A stretch of DNA of 64,000 nucleotides from Eledone cirrhosa (GCA_964016885.1 OZ024740.1:96596001-96660000); one strand, 5' to 3'; positions 10,967 to 25,074 are shown, counted from the first letter of the stretch. Translations and numbers: made by a program. Notes: generated by a model from the sequence alone, not told the origin.

Positions 10967-11992
10967 ATTCTCGCGTGTGCTTTCATAACCTGCAAGAGTC
11001 TGCCGACAGAAGAACAAAAATCCGTTGAGAAAGCTCTGCCTTGTTCGGTCTCTATACCAAAAGCTTATTTTTATAAGCAGACAGTATTATTGATTTAGGC
11101 GTTGCAGAAACCCACTTTCGAAGCATTCCATCTTCCAATGAATTGTCCGGGTAAATATTTCAATCATATCTCATTTTGTTTGACCCATTTTAGCTTGTTC
11201 GCTTTTTTGGCTATGGTGGTTAATGGCTTCTTAACCATCCTCTCAGCGTGTATGACCTTTTTAATTTATGTTTATAGCTCTGGTATCTTCTTCAGTTCCA
11301 TCGAGCGCTTGTCAGCACAATATGGAAGTTGCGTTTCACTAATTTCTACCCGCCGAAATGCGATTCTCGCTAAATTATATTTGTATTAATCTCCCAAGTC
11401 AAGCGATTAACCAGTTAATTTTATTTGACTTTTTAGTTATTCTATTGACTGATTGATCGCTTAAGTTTATTTTAAAACGACTCGGTAGAGAGCTTAATTC
11501 GTTTTGTGCGGTTTTTGCAAATGTTTGCAATAACTACACATGCTGAATTCACTGGCCAAAATAAGGGTTTTCTCCCCTTAGATTCTCGCATGTGCTTTCA
11601 TAACCTGCAAGAGCCTGCCGACAGAAGAACAAAAATCCGTTGAGAAAGCGATGCCTTGTTCGGGCTCTATACCAAAAGCTTATTTTTATAAGCAGACAGT
11701 ATTATTGATTTAGGCGTTGCAGAAACCCACTTTCGGAGCATTCCATCTTCCAATGAAGGGTCTGGGTAAATATTTCAATCATATCTCATTTTGTTTGACC
11801 CGTTTTAGCTTGTTCGCTTTTTTGGCTATGGTGGTTAAGGGCTTCTTAACCATCGTCTCAGCGTGTATGACCTTTTTAATTTATGTTTATAGCTCTGGTA
11901 TCTTCTTCAGTTCCACCGAGCGCTTGTCAGCACAATATGGAAGTTGCGTTTCGCTAATTTCTACACGCCTAAATGCGAATCTCGCTAAATTA

Positions 11993-12000
<8 letters not shown>
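10967..12000. repeat. Direct duplication, ~420-bp copies at a 615-bp period
   Basis: 10967-11385 and 11582-12000 are nearly identical (paired ORFs MQKPTF... at 11102 and 11717). The second copy ends in (TA)n. Confidence 0.92.
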
Positions 12001-12054
<54 letters not shown>

Positions 12055-12081
12055 TATTTATACATATATATCGATATATTG

Positions 12082-12146
<65 letters not shown>

Positions 12147-12158
12147 TGTGTGTGTGTG
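11997..12158. repeat. (TA)n/(TG)n microsatellite
   Basis: Read directly. Confidence 0.97.
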
Positions 12159-13590
12159 ATACGTTTAACATCCATTGCACTACTTAAGTTTTCATAGAAT
12201 AGTGATGACAGCCACTATAGTCGCTACCGGATGGTGGTGAATGTTTGAAGGAGCGGAAAATACTTGGGATTAATTCATCAGGTGTTGATCTCATTTAGAA
12301 ATCTGATGTAGAACGGTGCCATAAACACAACACAATCTAACCCATTTCATAATTAAAGCGACTATTGATTGACACTTTTATCAGAAACGACTATTGGAGG
12401 TGCCTACATATATGGATGGAATGATACCCATGTTTTTGCGGAATAAAATTCTCCCAAATGTATATACGTAAGTGTAAACGATATATGTTTATATAGTGTT
12501 GATGCTATTCGGGTTATAAAACTTCGATGTTAGTTCCGAATGAAACATCTTTAAATATAAAACATATGGATGAACGACTTCGAAAAAAATTAAGCATGTC
12601 AAATCTTCGGCATAACAGATGGAATTAAAAAAAAAAAAAAAAAAAAAATAGAATATAACATTAATTCGTAAATTTGATATGTCAAGGAAATATGAAAATA
12701 AGCATATGATAGGGGAATATAAATGAACAGTGGAAAGAATCGAAAATATATATGACATAGAATTAAACGCTCAGGAAAAAACATGAAAACGACAGTTTAG
12801 ATGATATATGTTAAATAAGGTTAGAAATATGTGAATCACTTATAAATAACAATGATATATATTTACAAAATATTAAATGTGCCGTGTCAAGAAGAGTATA
12901 CATAAATAGATAACTGTTCTCCTGAATCAGCCAAGTAAGATACATTTTGTTCATCAGCGCATAATCCTCACCGACATCCAGAATAACAAATTCACAATTC
13001 TGTGCAACTAGACCACGAAGTGATAGCATTAAAATAGCAAATATCAAATGATTGATGATAAATGACAGGAAGTATGTTATTTACAACAATTCCCACTATT
13101 CTAGAGCCACAGGCATATAAGTATGGTGTACAGAGTAAATAAATAAAACTAAATATGCTAAAGAAATACAAATGAAAATTCTCTTGTAAAATGTGGCAAG
13201 AATAATATCAAATGCATGAAATATGCGAGATAAACAAATCTGTAAATAAGTTTAAGGGGTGATTCTACGTGGTGCATCATGGAGATCTACGTAATAAGGA
13301 TGAATAATTAAACGTTACTTCGTGTGTGGAAATGATAAATGATACAGAATAGATTATAAATATTGAATGATATGGTGAAACAACTAGTCATTATACGAAA
13401 GCTTAAGGATCAAGTTAATGTGAATACAAATAAGGTAACCACAGCTTATTTAAAAATAGAAAAAATGTAGTAATACTGTAAGAATGGTGCGTAAGAATTA
13501 ATCGATATGTCTCGCAATGGTTTGAATACCGACGTTAATATTGAAATTGTTACCCAGAGAGTAACAAGCGGGGGTGTAAATAATATATAA

Positions 13591-13788
13591 ATAATTGTTT
13601 CTACTTTTGGCACAAGCCCAGCAATTACCCAGTACATTAAGGTACTTTATTTTATAGACCCCATAAGGATGAAAGGCAAAGTTAATCTCGGCGGGATATG
13701 AACTCAGAATGGCAAGGGCCGTAATTCTATGCGTCAAAGCATGGCGTTCGAACCTCTACAGATACTGCCAATCTACTGCCAATCCACC
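13591..13788 (-). mobile_element. tRNA-derived SINE (Nin/Deu-type core)
   Basis: Reverse complement of the copy at 14206; the A box, B box and gcctttcatcctt..ggggtc.ataaa core are recognisable. Confidence 0.88.
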
Positions 13789-14205
13789 AATCAATATAAT
13801 GTAAATAAATGAATGAAAATACATTATATATGTATCAAATAGTGTATAAAAAATAAACTAATAGAGAAAGGTGTACAGAAATTGTAAAGACTCATACATA
13901 TTGGCAATGCAGGTATATAGAAGCGTGCTTAATAATTGAATGAATCATCATAATGATGCTGATGATGATGATGGTAAGTAATTATGACTTTTTCTCGCAC
14001 AAGCGTAATTTGAAGGGTATACTAGGATAAGAAAAACAAATATTCATAGATTAAGAAAGGCTGACATGATAGATGAAACTAAATGCTTCACACATGCAAC
14101 CCCAAATGGTGTCAGAGGATTACAATGTAACCGTAGTCTGGGATAAGCCAATGCACACATATATGGAGATGAAGGCCATCGAAACTGATATTATTGCTAA
14201 AAGAA

Positions 14206-14392
14206 GGGCGGTGGATTGGCAGTATCGGTAGAGGGTCTGATGCCATGCTTTGACGCATAGAGTTATGGCCATTTCCATTCTGAGTTCAAATCCCGCCGAG
14301 GTCAACTTTGCCTTTCATCCTTACGGGGTCGATAAAATAAAGTACCAGTAATGTACTGGATAATTGCTGGCCTCGTGCCAAAGGTAGAAACA
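14206..14392 (+). mobile_element. tRNA-derived SINE, full length, 16-bp TSD
   Basis: A box TGGCAGTATCGG, B box GAGTTCAAATCC, core GCCTTTCATCCTTACGGGGTCGATAAAATAAAGTACC. TSD ATTATTGCTAAAAGAA at 14190-14205 and 14393-14408. Confidence 0.92.
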
Positions 14393-15029
14393 ATTATTGC
14401 TAAAAGAAAAAAAAGTAACAATCTTCTAATTAATATATCAATCTTAACAGATGAAAATATAAGATCCATCCATAGTAATGGAGAAACTATCCAAATATAA
14501 AGATCTGGAAATATAAATAACCCTAATGTGAATGAAAAAAACAGAAACAATACCTATAATCATAGGTGTTCTTCGAATGATAAAAATCATCAAACTAATA
14601 CAAAACTAAAATCCCAAGAAACACAAATATATACTGAATACAAAAAACGACACTATTACGAAGTGTACAATAGAAACAACGCCACAAAAAGCACATTTCA
14701 AAGCGCATATATCTGTGTTCGTTAATGCACTGACGGCGTGCAATAAAAACAAGACCAATAATGATAAAAACAAAAACAATGAGAATAACAATAATTATTA
14801 TTATTATTATTATTGGTTGGTGAAGCCACGCTTCTTATCGCCTCCAGTCTTTTTCAACGTTTTACCTCTTCTTCAACCGTTCTAAACCTTTTATTCAAGT
14901 TTTAAATTTGATAAAAGTTTAGAAGAAGTGACCCACCTAATACAGGGGTTCACTAGTAAATAATACCGCACCCCTTTACGGTGTGTCGTATTCGTATGTG
15001 TGTGAAAATATTTTTTGAAAAATTTCAAC

Positions 15030-17068
15030 ATGGATAACACAAAAAAGAGAGAGCACTGTCAGACACACAGAGAGAGGGAGACTTTATCAGCATGTCAACA
15101 AGACAGCGTTCCTGCGGAGGTAAATATAAACGGAAATATTACAAAGGAAAAAAAAGATTGTTACAGATTTAAAATTAACAAATATTTCTAACACAAACAA
15201 CACCAACAATAACACCAACAACATTACCAACAACAACACCAAAAATAATAGCGGTAAAGTCGAGAACGACAATAACAAAAATAACAGCGGTAAGGTCGAG
15301 AACGACAATAACAAAAGTAACAGCGGTAAGTTCGAGAACGACAATAACAATGACAATAACAACAGCCACAACAACAATAATAGTAGGAACACTATCAACA
15401 AAAACAACAATAATAACAACAGCCACAATAACAGTAACAGCAGCAACAGTATCAACGAAAACAACACCAACAACTGTACCAGCGAAAAGAACAACAATGA
15501 CACCGATACCTGTAATAGCGACCTCAGCACCACCAGTAAGACCAGTAGCGGCAGCGATAGTGGTGCTGCTGAAAAAGGGACCACTTCTTTTGCAGGTGTC
15601 GTCCGAAATATCGAGACAGTGTTAGTCACAGAGGAGATGGCAGTCGCAAGGGCCATGGTGACAAGAAGCGCAAATAGAGTTCCCTGAAACCTCCACCCGA
15701 TTTTTTCAAGGACCAGCAGCTACGAACGGTGAATTACCGCACCGTAAGCAAAATCTCACATCGAGTGGAGAGAGCGACGGAGGCTCAAATCCAGAAGGCC
15801 TTGGGGTGCGTCTGGGCACGCAAAACCCACATCACCCGAGGCAGAAAGTACGCCACAGTAGACGTACTTTCGCCACCACCGAGGAAGCAAAGTCTCATTT
15901 TTGGAAACCCTAAATAATGAGGAGTTAGTCCTGGTGCCCTCCTACTGCGGGCAGAAAATTGTGAGGGTGAAAGTGACCCAGGTCCCACCCGACGTGCCCA
16001 TACCTTGGCTGGCCGCGTCTGCCCTGGCTGGAATTGAGAACAGGGCGACCATGCTGCAAGTAGAAAAAATAGGGAGAGAGAACTGGTCAGGTATAGGCAT
16101 GCACATGCTTATACAAACTGACCAGGAATGTATCGAGGCTATACCCGATATCATAGACTTTGAGGAAGGACTCCAACTCCCTATAAGTGTAGAAGGAATA
16201 CGGCCAAAATGTTATATCTGTGGGTCGAAAGGTCACCTCAGGGCCTTTATCCCGCAGAATACACCGAAGAGGGCCCCTCTCCTTCCAATACCTGGTCCGC
16301 TGCTACCAAGAGCAGGACAGGCAACAAACGAAGAAGCCCCTTCCACGATGAGTAGGAGGGCAACGTCCGTAGCACCCGTACCAAGGCCACGGATGACTAA
16401 AGCAACATCATCAGTAGCGGCAACACCAATAGCTACATTTGAAATAGCTACACCAGCAACAACATGGCCAAAGAGGGCTCCACTACCCCCACAACAACCG
16501 TGGAGCACATAACCCTCCCAGACGCCACAGAATCAGACATGGAGTTTGAGGCGGGGGTGACGAGGCAAACAGTCTGCCACAAAAAACAAAAAAAGAAAAA
16601 AAAACCCTTAGATTGACCCTCCAAAAACGAAGGCATACAAATAGTGGTAACGGCAGCAAGGAAACTTGCAGCAACACCAGCACAAACACCAACAACGCAA
16701 ACACAACAAGAAAAACACACCAAACAGCAACAAGAAGAAAACGGCAACAAAACCACCCCTCCCCCCAAAAAGTACACAGCCATAAACATAGCAAAAAAAG
16801 AACTCATAAAATATATAAAGCAGCACACAGACATCACGGAAAAACGTTACTACACCCCACCAACACCAAGAATTCTCCCGAAAAACATAAGCTTCATCGA
16901 AATCTTATTAGAACAATACAAACCTTTAAAACAAAAATTCCCCAACGCAGTTCGAGACTTCAGAGTCACGGTTACCAAGAGGATATACACTGACATCCTC
17001 TTGGAAACACCCATGACCAGCAAAAGAGACGGTTCTACTGCCCTTCACCACATGTACAAGGTAAGTGA
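15030..17068 (+). pseudogene. Family A ORF1 (Asn-rich N-terminus, central domain, CCHC knuckle, Pro/Thr-rich linker)
   Basis: RVERATEAQIQKALG, LVPSYCGQKIVRV, CYICGSKGHLRAF; several frameshifts. Confidence 0.85.
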
Positions 17069-17100
17069 CTCTTTCTCATTTGCCCCGTTTCTCATCCAAC

Positions 17101-20100
17101 ATGGCTGTACTCAGAATAGGCAGTATAAATGCACGTGGCCTGAGGTCATCTTGGAAGCAGGGTCACCTGCTCAATTACCTCAGGTCACTAAACATAGATG
17201 TGGTGGCCATCAGAGAAACCAGAATCTCCGAGGCACGAGCCTCGTACCGATCTTCGGCGGCTACGTGTATACGCATCTCCCAGCTGTCCAGGGTCGGGGG
17301 GAGGGGTTACCGTCCATTTTCGGAGAGGCTTGGATCTCTCGATACAGGCCATCTTCCTGGACCCAGAAGGTAAGTCGGTGGTGCTGGACGTGACCGGCAG
17401 CGAAGGTAATGCTTTCAGGCTAGTAGCCGTCATCGCCCCAACAGGGGCATGACGGCCAGATTTCTTCAGACGTCTAGAGACCTTTCTTGGAACGTCCCGC
17501 TCTCTAGTGTTAGTGGGCGACTGGAACGGTATCTAGGATGCACGCTGGGATCGTGTGGGGCTAGTGGATAGGGGAGAAGGGTGCAAGAGCCTCACCAACC
17601 TGCTCAGACGTTTTGAACTGTCTGACAGGTATCGACTGGATCACCCTAATGTGCCAATGTGGACATGGACAAATCGCATCGGGTCATCCAGATCGTATCT
17701 AGATAGGGTATTCTGCAGGGAACTAGATAAGGCTAGTATCAGTTGTTCACAATTTAAAATAGTCGACTACAAAGACCACAAATTTGTGATCTGTGAGATC
17801 GACATAGACAGACTTCATAGACAAGGACCTGGTAACTGGAGGCTGAACGCGTCTTTGCCGGCGCGCAAGGCCTACAGAGACCGGATTAGCGTATGAGTTA
17901 AGCGGGCGTTGACGGGAGCGGTCGTCAACAACAGGTGGTGGTTCGCCCTGAAAAGTGCAATTAAAGTAGAGTCGATTAGGTTTAGCAAAGGATTAGTGAA
18001 AGAGGAACATAGAGTAGAGGGAGAGCTAGTCAGAAAGCCAGAAGAGGCGTTTAGGACAGGCATCGCAACCGACGTGCTTGCGGCGAGATTGGCACTCGAC
18101 CAATTCTTCAACGCAAAACACGAAGGCTACGTTGTCAGAGCTAGAGCACGTGCTCTGAAACACGAGGGGACAAAAGCCGTCCAATGGGCCCGGGTGGCAG
18201 AGGCGCGACGTGGCAATAAAGCAACAATTCGGTCTCTGTCTGACCAAAACGGGTGCGTGGTGCTCGAACCCGAGCGGATGTGTGAAGCTTTTCAGCAGCA
18301 CTTTTCTGAACTGTTCGGGAGCGGCGGCGGCCCGGATAGAGACATGGACTTCAGTCCATACCTCGACGGACTGCCTCGGCCCTCGACGAACGCAGCACAG
18401 TGTTGCGAAAAGCCAATAACAGCCGGTGGAATACGGGAAGCGATGGTTAACTGCACAAGAGGTAAATCGCCAGGTTTAGATGGTCTGCCATACGAGTTTT
18501 ATGCATTTATGCCAGACTTGTTCGGTGACCTCTTGGCAGACGTCTACTGCAACTGGCAGCAGAACGGGAGCATTCCCAGTTTTGTGAGCCAGGGAGCAGT
18601 GGCGCTGCTGAGAAAAGACCCGAACAAGGGGGATGTCATTGATCATTTCAGGCCCATAACTCTGCTTAACGCAGAGTTCAAGATTTTGGCCAAGGTGTTA
18701 GCAACGAGGTTGGCGCTTGTCGTCAAAGGTCTGGTGGGAGAGGCGCAGACATGCGCCATCCCGGACAGATGCATACACGACAACATCCATATCATGCGAT
18801 ACATCATAGATAGGGTGGTTAAGGAACCTGGAAAGGGTGGGGCCTTGATCAACGGGTGGGGCCTTGATCAATCCAAAGCATTCGATAGGGTCGACCATCG
18901 GTAGCTGGCGGCGGTCCTCGAGGCAGCCGGTTTCGGGCCCGTTTTCAGGCGTTGGATCGCAGCAATGTACAGTGACATCTGCTCAGTTGTGAGGGTGAAC
19001 GGTCACCTGTCGCAACCGTTCAGCATCATGTGCTCAGTCCGCCAGGGTTGTCCCCTCTCGTCCCTCTTGTATGTATTGGCTCTCGAGCCGTTACTGCACG
19101 AATGAGGGGCGATGAGGGGCGTACCACGCGAACTAGGATGCGGGAAATCCGAGTCGGCTTACGCTGACAACGTCACCGTGGTGGTCTCGAGCACCAGACA
19201 CGGCCAGATGCTCGGCACCGCTGTCACGGAATACGAAACTGTGACAGGAGCAAAGATATAAACTAGGAAAAGTCGGTGGGCTTGCAGCTAGGCACCTGGA
19301 GAGGCAAATCCATGCCGTCCGACAGCGTCGTGGAGGCATTGGACGGACGGACCGGTTAAATTGCTCGGGGTCTGGTTCGGACCTGACCTCCAGATGGAGA
19401 AAAACTGGAACGAGGTCACAAGCAGGGTGGCCTCCTTCACCCAGAAATGGGCTGAGAGGAAGCTGTCCCTGAAAGGCCGGGCGGAAGTGGCGAATGCGTA
19501 TATCGCATCCGTCATCTGCTACAGCCTCACCGACGTTCCTTGCTCCAGACCAACTCTCACCAAAATGGAGCGCCTCCTCTTCCGCTTTTTGTGGAAGGGA
19601 CGCGCTTCCATGGTCAGACGATCCATCTGCTGTCAACACCCGTTGCGTGGAGGACTGGGCATGCCATGGCTGATGATGCGCAAACATGCGCTGATGCTGC
19701 GACATCTCTGGTGCTTCCTTGATGGTGAACGGGTGTGGTCGCCGTTCGCCAGGCACATTTTCCCACAGCTCGTCTCCTTGACGGAGCTGCAGTCCTGGGT
19801 CAGAAAAATACCGAGGGATAGCGCTTGGAAACTGGAATGTCTCCAGGCGCTCACTGCCCTCTCCCAGTAGGGCACCAGTATCGGTGGAACATCCACCTCG
19901 GCGTTCTATAGAGGACTAGTGGAGGGGAAGAGCGACGACGTTCTCGGAGAGATCCTGGGCGTCGAAGATCAGCTGCTTGCTCTCTTCCGGAGAAATTTCA
20001 GCCCGGGGCCTATGGATAACCCCCAAAAATCCCTTGCCTGGCAGTGCTGCCGGGGAGCGCTGCCGGTTCGAGATAAGCTCTACAGGCACGGAAGCGCCGT

Positions 20101-20527
20101 CAGCCGAGCCTGTCCGAGATGCGCGCATAGCGACGAAACCGTTGTGCACGCACTCGTTCAGTGCCCGAGCATTGCTGACTTGTGGAGCTATGTCGAACAG
20201 TTGCTGTCTCGTGTGGGACTGATCCGGTTGTCGACTGAGTCCATTGTGCAGATGGACTCGCCGGCTTCCTTTGAGGAGGAAGGGCAGGCGATTTTCACCT
20301 GCCTGGTGGCCATGGCGAAAGAGATTGTGTGGTGGACAAGGTTAAAAGGATTAAAGACAAACACTTTCCTCTTCGGCGAATCCCAGATTAACTTTTTCAA
20401 GTTTCATTTGAAGAGGAAAATCAGGGTGGAGAGGCAAGTGTTGCTTTCTAGCAAGTTTGTTGAAAGGTGGGTAAATGTAGCGAGAATGGTCCGAGTGAAC
20501 GGAACCACTCTGAATATACGTCTGTAG
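17101..20527 (+). pseudogene. Family A ORF2: APE endonuclease, RT, C-terminal Cys motif
   Basis: IGSINARGL, LVGDWN, YLDRVF, SPGLDGLP, FRPITLLNAEFKILAK, DQSKAFDRVDH, RQGCPLS, YADN, CPRC..ETVVHALVQC; interrupted by stops. Confidence 0.93.
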
Positions 20528-20863
20528 TTTGAGAGATGGACACATTGAGAGAGGGCGCTTGCCCTGGTAGTCACGGTGGCCGTGGTTTTTTGAGTAGTTT
20601 TCGCCACCAGTAACCCTCGGAGGTTTCCTCTCTATTGGGGAATTTTTCATTGTTTCAATTATCATTATTATTGTTTATATATACATATGTTTTATGTCTT
20701 TGTTCTTTTGTTATATAAATAATAAAAATATTTACACGCACAAAACCCACATCGTACCGTTCTGTTCCGTCTGATGTTTTTCTTGATGTCACCCCTTGTT
20801 GCCAATAAAGAAATCATTATTATTATTGTTGTTATTATTATTATTATTATTAGTATTGTTGTA

Positions 20864-21050
20864 GGGCTGTGGATTGGCAGTATTGGTAGAGGGTCGGACG
20901 TCCTGCTTTGACGCATACAGTTACGGCCTTAGCCATTCTGAGTTCAAATCCCGCCGAGGTTAACTTTGCCTTTCATCCTTACGTGGTCGATGAAATAAAG
21001 TACCAGTAATGCACTGGGTAATTGCTGGCCTTGTGCTTAACGTAGAAACA
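20864..21050 (+). mobile_element. tRNA-derived SINE in the (ATT)n tail of LINE A1
   Basis: Same A/B boxes and core; ends AGAAACA(ATT)n. Confidence 0.9.
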
Positions 21051-21410
21051 ATTATTATTATTGTTGTTGTTGATGTTGTTGTTGTCATTGGTGGTGGTGG
21101 TGGTGGTGATATCTGAAGTATTCGTCACGCATAACCTTGTTTCGTAAGTTTTGTTGAATTTCACTTGTTTGTATCACGTTCTTTGATATATTAAATAAGG
21201 GAACACAATGCCCTACGAAAAGGTGAATGCTTAATATTTGAAATTTATATGATATATAATATATAATATAATATTTGAATTTTATAAAAAATTGAGGCAC
21301 ACACACGCTCTTCATCCACTTGAGAAATCAACGAAAGCGAAACACTACACGAATAAATCAAGCTACTTTTTCTCAAAAATAGCTTGAAATCATTATTATT
21401 TCTAGCATTA

Positions 21411-21625
21411 GAGCGGTTGATTGGCAGAGTCACTAGAGCGTCGGACCGAATGCTTCATGGCATAGAATCACGACACTTTAGGTTCTAATTTCAAACCCCG
21501 CTAAGATTAGCTTTTCCTTTCATCCTTACAGGGTCGATAAAATAAATTACCTGCATGCACTGGAGTCGATTTAATCGACCCACCTCCTTTAAATTGCTTG
21601 CCTTGTGCCTGTAGTAGAAATAATT
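21411..21625 (+). mobile_element. Older SINE subfamily copy
   Basis: ttggcagagtc...cctttcatccttacagggtcgataaaataaa...ccttgtgcctgtagtagaaa, with an extra gtcgatttaatcgac segment. Confidence 0.8.
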
Positions 21626-23869
21626 ATTTTTAGCATTGAAAGAAGATTTAAAATGTCCCAGGCATAACCTACGATGCCACGTCTACGTTTCCATAAGGTG
21701 TTCTGAAAACAGTAATCAGGCAGTCAAGCATAATCTATTATTATGTTAATGGAAGATATAGAATTAGTTCTGCGGAATACGAAACCTTCAACATGCAAAC
21801 TTTTCTTTTTTTTCCCTGGTCATAGAATTTTAGTATGCTATTAGTGAATGCAAACCTTATCTACTTCACTATGAGTTTCATATTAGATGCTGTTTCAAAT
21901 GAAGTGGAATCGAACAAATGAAGTGGAATCGACGGCAAATGTTACGTATTTTTGATGAACAGAACAAACTACCCGGCAAAAGAACGTGTGACAGAGCGTT
22001 CTTTACATGCGTGTATGGTAACTCAATTTTCAGTGAATGTGTCAGACTATATATGTTTTGAGGTTTAAGTTTTACACAATGCGATGGATTTCCAAATAGT
22101 TTCTGTTTACCCAGTTCCTCTCAAAAACTTAGATCTACTAGCATTTTCTCAAGGTGCAACACCTTTCGATCGAACAAAGGACTTAATGGCTGCAAAGCGA
22201 TCTCCTTTACTATTTCACCTCGATGACTTCGCACGGGTTCTTAAACATGTAGAATGGAGAACGTCAGCAGAAAACCGAAATGATATGTATCCGTACGTAC
22301 ATTTCACTTTGGCATTAATATTATATTACTGAAGAACAAACTTGAATTGTGAATTGAAGTTTCACACTCCATATTAGAATAACGATAATGACCGTTATTT
22401 GATACTAATATTTGGATGGCTCCTAATATTTCAGGTGTAATTTAATATTATAGTGACAGAATAATTGACATGGTGGCCATGACATTATAACATTCGCTTA
22501 AATGGTATACAGTTTTTTTTTTATTTTCTCCATATCGTTGCATAGTTTAAGTCACAACACGGGAGTATCATCTAGAATGTCATTTAACCATTTCACGAAT
22601 AAATGCATATCTAATATACACTAATCAAATGAATTAATATTGTAGATGAATTATTCTAAATATGTCATAATGTCAAGTTTATAAATCTATATCTCAAAAC
22701 GAAAAGATATTTAATAAACCAGATTATTCTTATGTTTCATTTTATTCATTTTACTATTTTATTCACAACGGCAAGTTTGCAATTTTAAAATGTTTGTTTT
22801 GTTACACGATCAGTTTGTCCTAGTTTTCAAAGCGTTGCATACACGTTCTAGCTCTATGCATTTTTAGTTAATATTTCATTTGAATCTCATTCGCTGTTTA
22901 TCCTGTTGGGTTCGATAAAGAAAGAACTAAATGCGTACCAGTGCAATGATCTTTCCCTGTTTCTCTGCATTTATCACTTGCTCTGTGTTTTTTCTCTCCT
23001 TATTTCTTTAGTTGTGGTCATTTTCGAGGTTCCGCTTGGTCAATCGATGGATCATTGTGAGGGTATAATATCCTCCTTTCGTCTGTAAGGGGAAACTAAA
23101 ATAAAATCCTTAGAGTAAACATTGGTACACACTATCAAATGATAAAATATTACGACAGACTGCTATATATTTAGTATTTGTGCTTGGTTTCGTTTCATGC
23201 TTAAAGTGCTCATAGTTTTCGCATATTATAATTGATGCTGTTATCCTTATTCAGAATAGTTATGGTGCTACAAGTTTAGGAGACCGATATTTTACTATAT
23301 GCAGTACTATAATTGCATTTCTGTATTAAATTATGCAAAAATCAGCATTTCAGGATGAGCATTTAAAATTCTATTCAAAAGTTGACTTAATTCGTAAGAC
23401 GTCGCCGTTAGATATATTTGGCAAGCCTTTAGTAACATTGAAACATAAGCAATCTTGTCATAATTTCATAGTATATTAAAAAGTATATTCAATGATCCAA
23501 GTCTCTATTCAGTGTCATTTCTAACTTTGGAGTATTTCACTATTACCATAAATGTCCCTTTATTGGGTTGACTGGAAGGGAGTGTTAATGCCTATATAAT
23601 TTCTAGAAGCTATGTGATTGAAGGTACTTCCGAGGATAATATTTGTCTTGAATAGTTGCAAAGTGACGACTGCCATTTAAATCGTTTCCGACACATATAA
23701 AACTAACTCTTCCCATTAATATAAACTACTAAAACTATATAAGACAGTTTTCTTTGTCTGCGTTTTGTTCACAATTTGAAAATCAATTTACTGTCTCTTT
23801 AATTTACAAATTAATACCTCGTGACGTTTTAATTGCTTCTCTCTTTTAGTTTTTATCTCATTATGTATT

Positions 23870-24050
23870 GTGGATTGGCAGTATCGGTAGAGAGTCGGAC
23901 GCCATGCTTTCCAGCATAGTTACGTCCCTTTTACGATCTGAGTTCAAATCCCGCCGAGGTTGACTTTGCCTTTCATTCTTACGGGGTCGATAAAATAAAG
24001 TACCAGTAATGCACTGGGTAATTGCTGGCCTTGTGCCTAAAGTAGAAACA
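23870..24050 (+). mobile_element. tRNA-derived SINE with 11-bp TSD
   Basis: TSD ATTATGTATTG at 23860-23870 and 24051-24061. Confidence 0.9.
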
Positions 24051-24811
24051 ATTATGTATTGCTTTACGTGTCTCATATTATTTCGGTAATTCCTTTATTT
24101 CACCTGCTTCAAACTTCTCTCAATCCCTTACTTCTTTAATGTACATTGATAATTAACAACCTATCTGTAGCTTCTGGGAGTATATGTGTGCTTGCTTAAC
24201 CTGCAAGTAATATTAGAAAATCTTCCTAAATTCATAAGCCACCGTCTTATAAAAAAGGGGCACATGTAATAACTTTGTCATAGAAACACTATTCATGAAA
24301 GCAATACAGGTTGACCATGACTGAAAAAACCTTTGATCATAGTTCTGTTTATTCGTGGGAATAAACGACAGCAACTGACTGAAATAGTTTTGCATTAAAG
24401 TAAAAAAAAAAAACCAATTGCTCTAAAACTTTTCAATAAATATATTGAATTCGATGTCCAAATCAGACCAGTTTGTTGTTGACTTGGAACTGCCACTAGC
24501 ACTCTAGTAGACATCGTTTGCATTATTTTCTTTCTTTCGGAAGGGGGGAAATACACACATAAATTGATTAATACAGGAAACTATAAAATCTATGTTTAGA
24601 GCTCGATTATAACAATAGAATATATCAACTAGTTCTGAAGAGCCATTGTTGTAGATTGTGGTTGTCCATCGTCCACCACTCAAGCATATCGGTATCAGGA
24701 CAAATTGATTTAACACTTAATATCAGACAAATAATATAAACATAAATTCACTAATATATATGTAAATGTATATGCCTACAGACAATATATATATGCACAA
24801 ACATCTACAGC

Positions 24812-24849
24812 TGGATACATATATAAATATATAAATAAATATATATATA

Positions 24850-24946
<97 letters not shown>
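24812..24946. repeat. (TA)n microsatellite
   Basis: Read directly. Confidence 0.97.
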
Positions 24947-25074
24947 TAGAAAGTGAGATTTTTTTTACAAAATGAAAAATAACGAGTGAAAGTATAAAGA
25001 AAATGAGATGAAATCGAAAATGCAACTGGAGTCTTATTTTTTTTTTTTTTTTAAATATATAGATTTATTTGGTT

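Larger units (their letters stand above)
14815..20815 (+). mobile_element. Tx1/L1-clade LINE family A, copy 1 (full length, decayed)
   Basis: Starts directly after (TTA)n and ends AATAAAGAAATC(ATT)n. Two-ORF layout. Confidence 0.93.

Noticed and set aside
14206-14300. A/B boxes as a tRNA gene
   Set aside because: No cloverleaf; this is the head of a multi-copy SINE.
15087-15656. Leu/Val-rich membrane-protein-like ORFs on - (also 28051, 41451, 45257, 52235)
   Set aside because: Antisense of AAC/AGC-rich ORF1 low-complexity regions.
17363-17376. CAGAAG|GTAAGT donor-like motif inside ORF2 of all families
   Set aside because: It coincides with the conserved PEGK codons, so protein constraint is enough to explain it.
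21898-21932. Short tandem duplication AATGAAGTGGAATCGA x2
   Set aside because: An ordinary local slippage duplication.
21650-23850. Possible host exons in unique AT-rich DNA (also 56.7-57.7 and 60-63 kb)
   Set aside because: No recognisable domain or convincing exon chain. Small exons cannot be excluded without RNA data.
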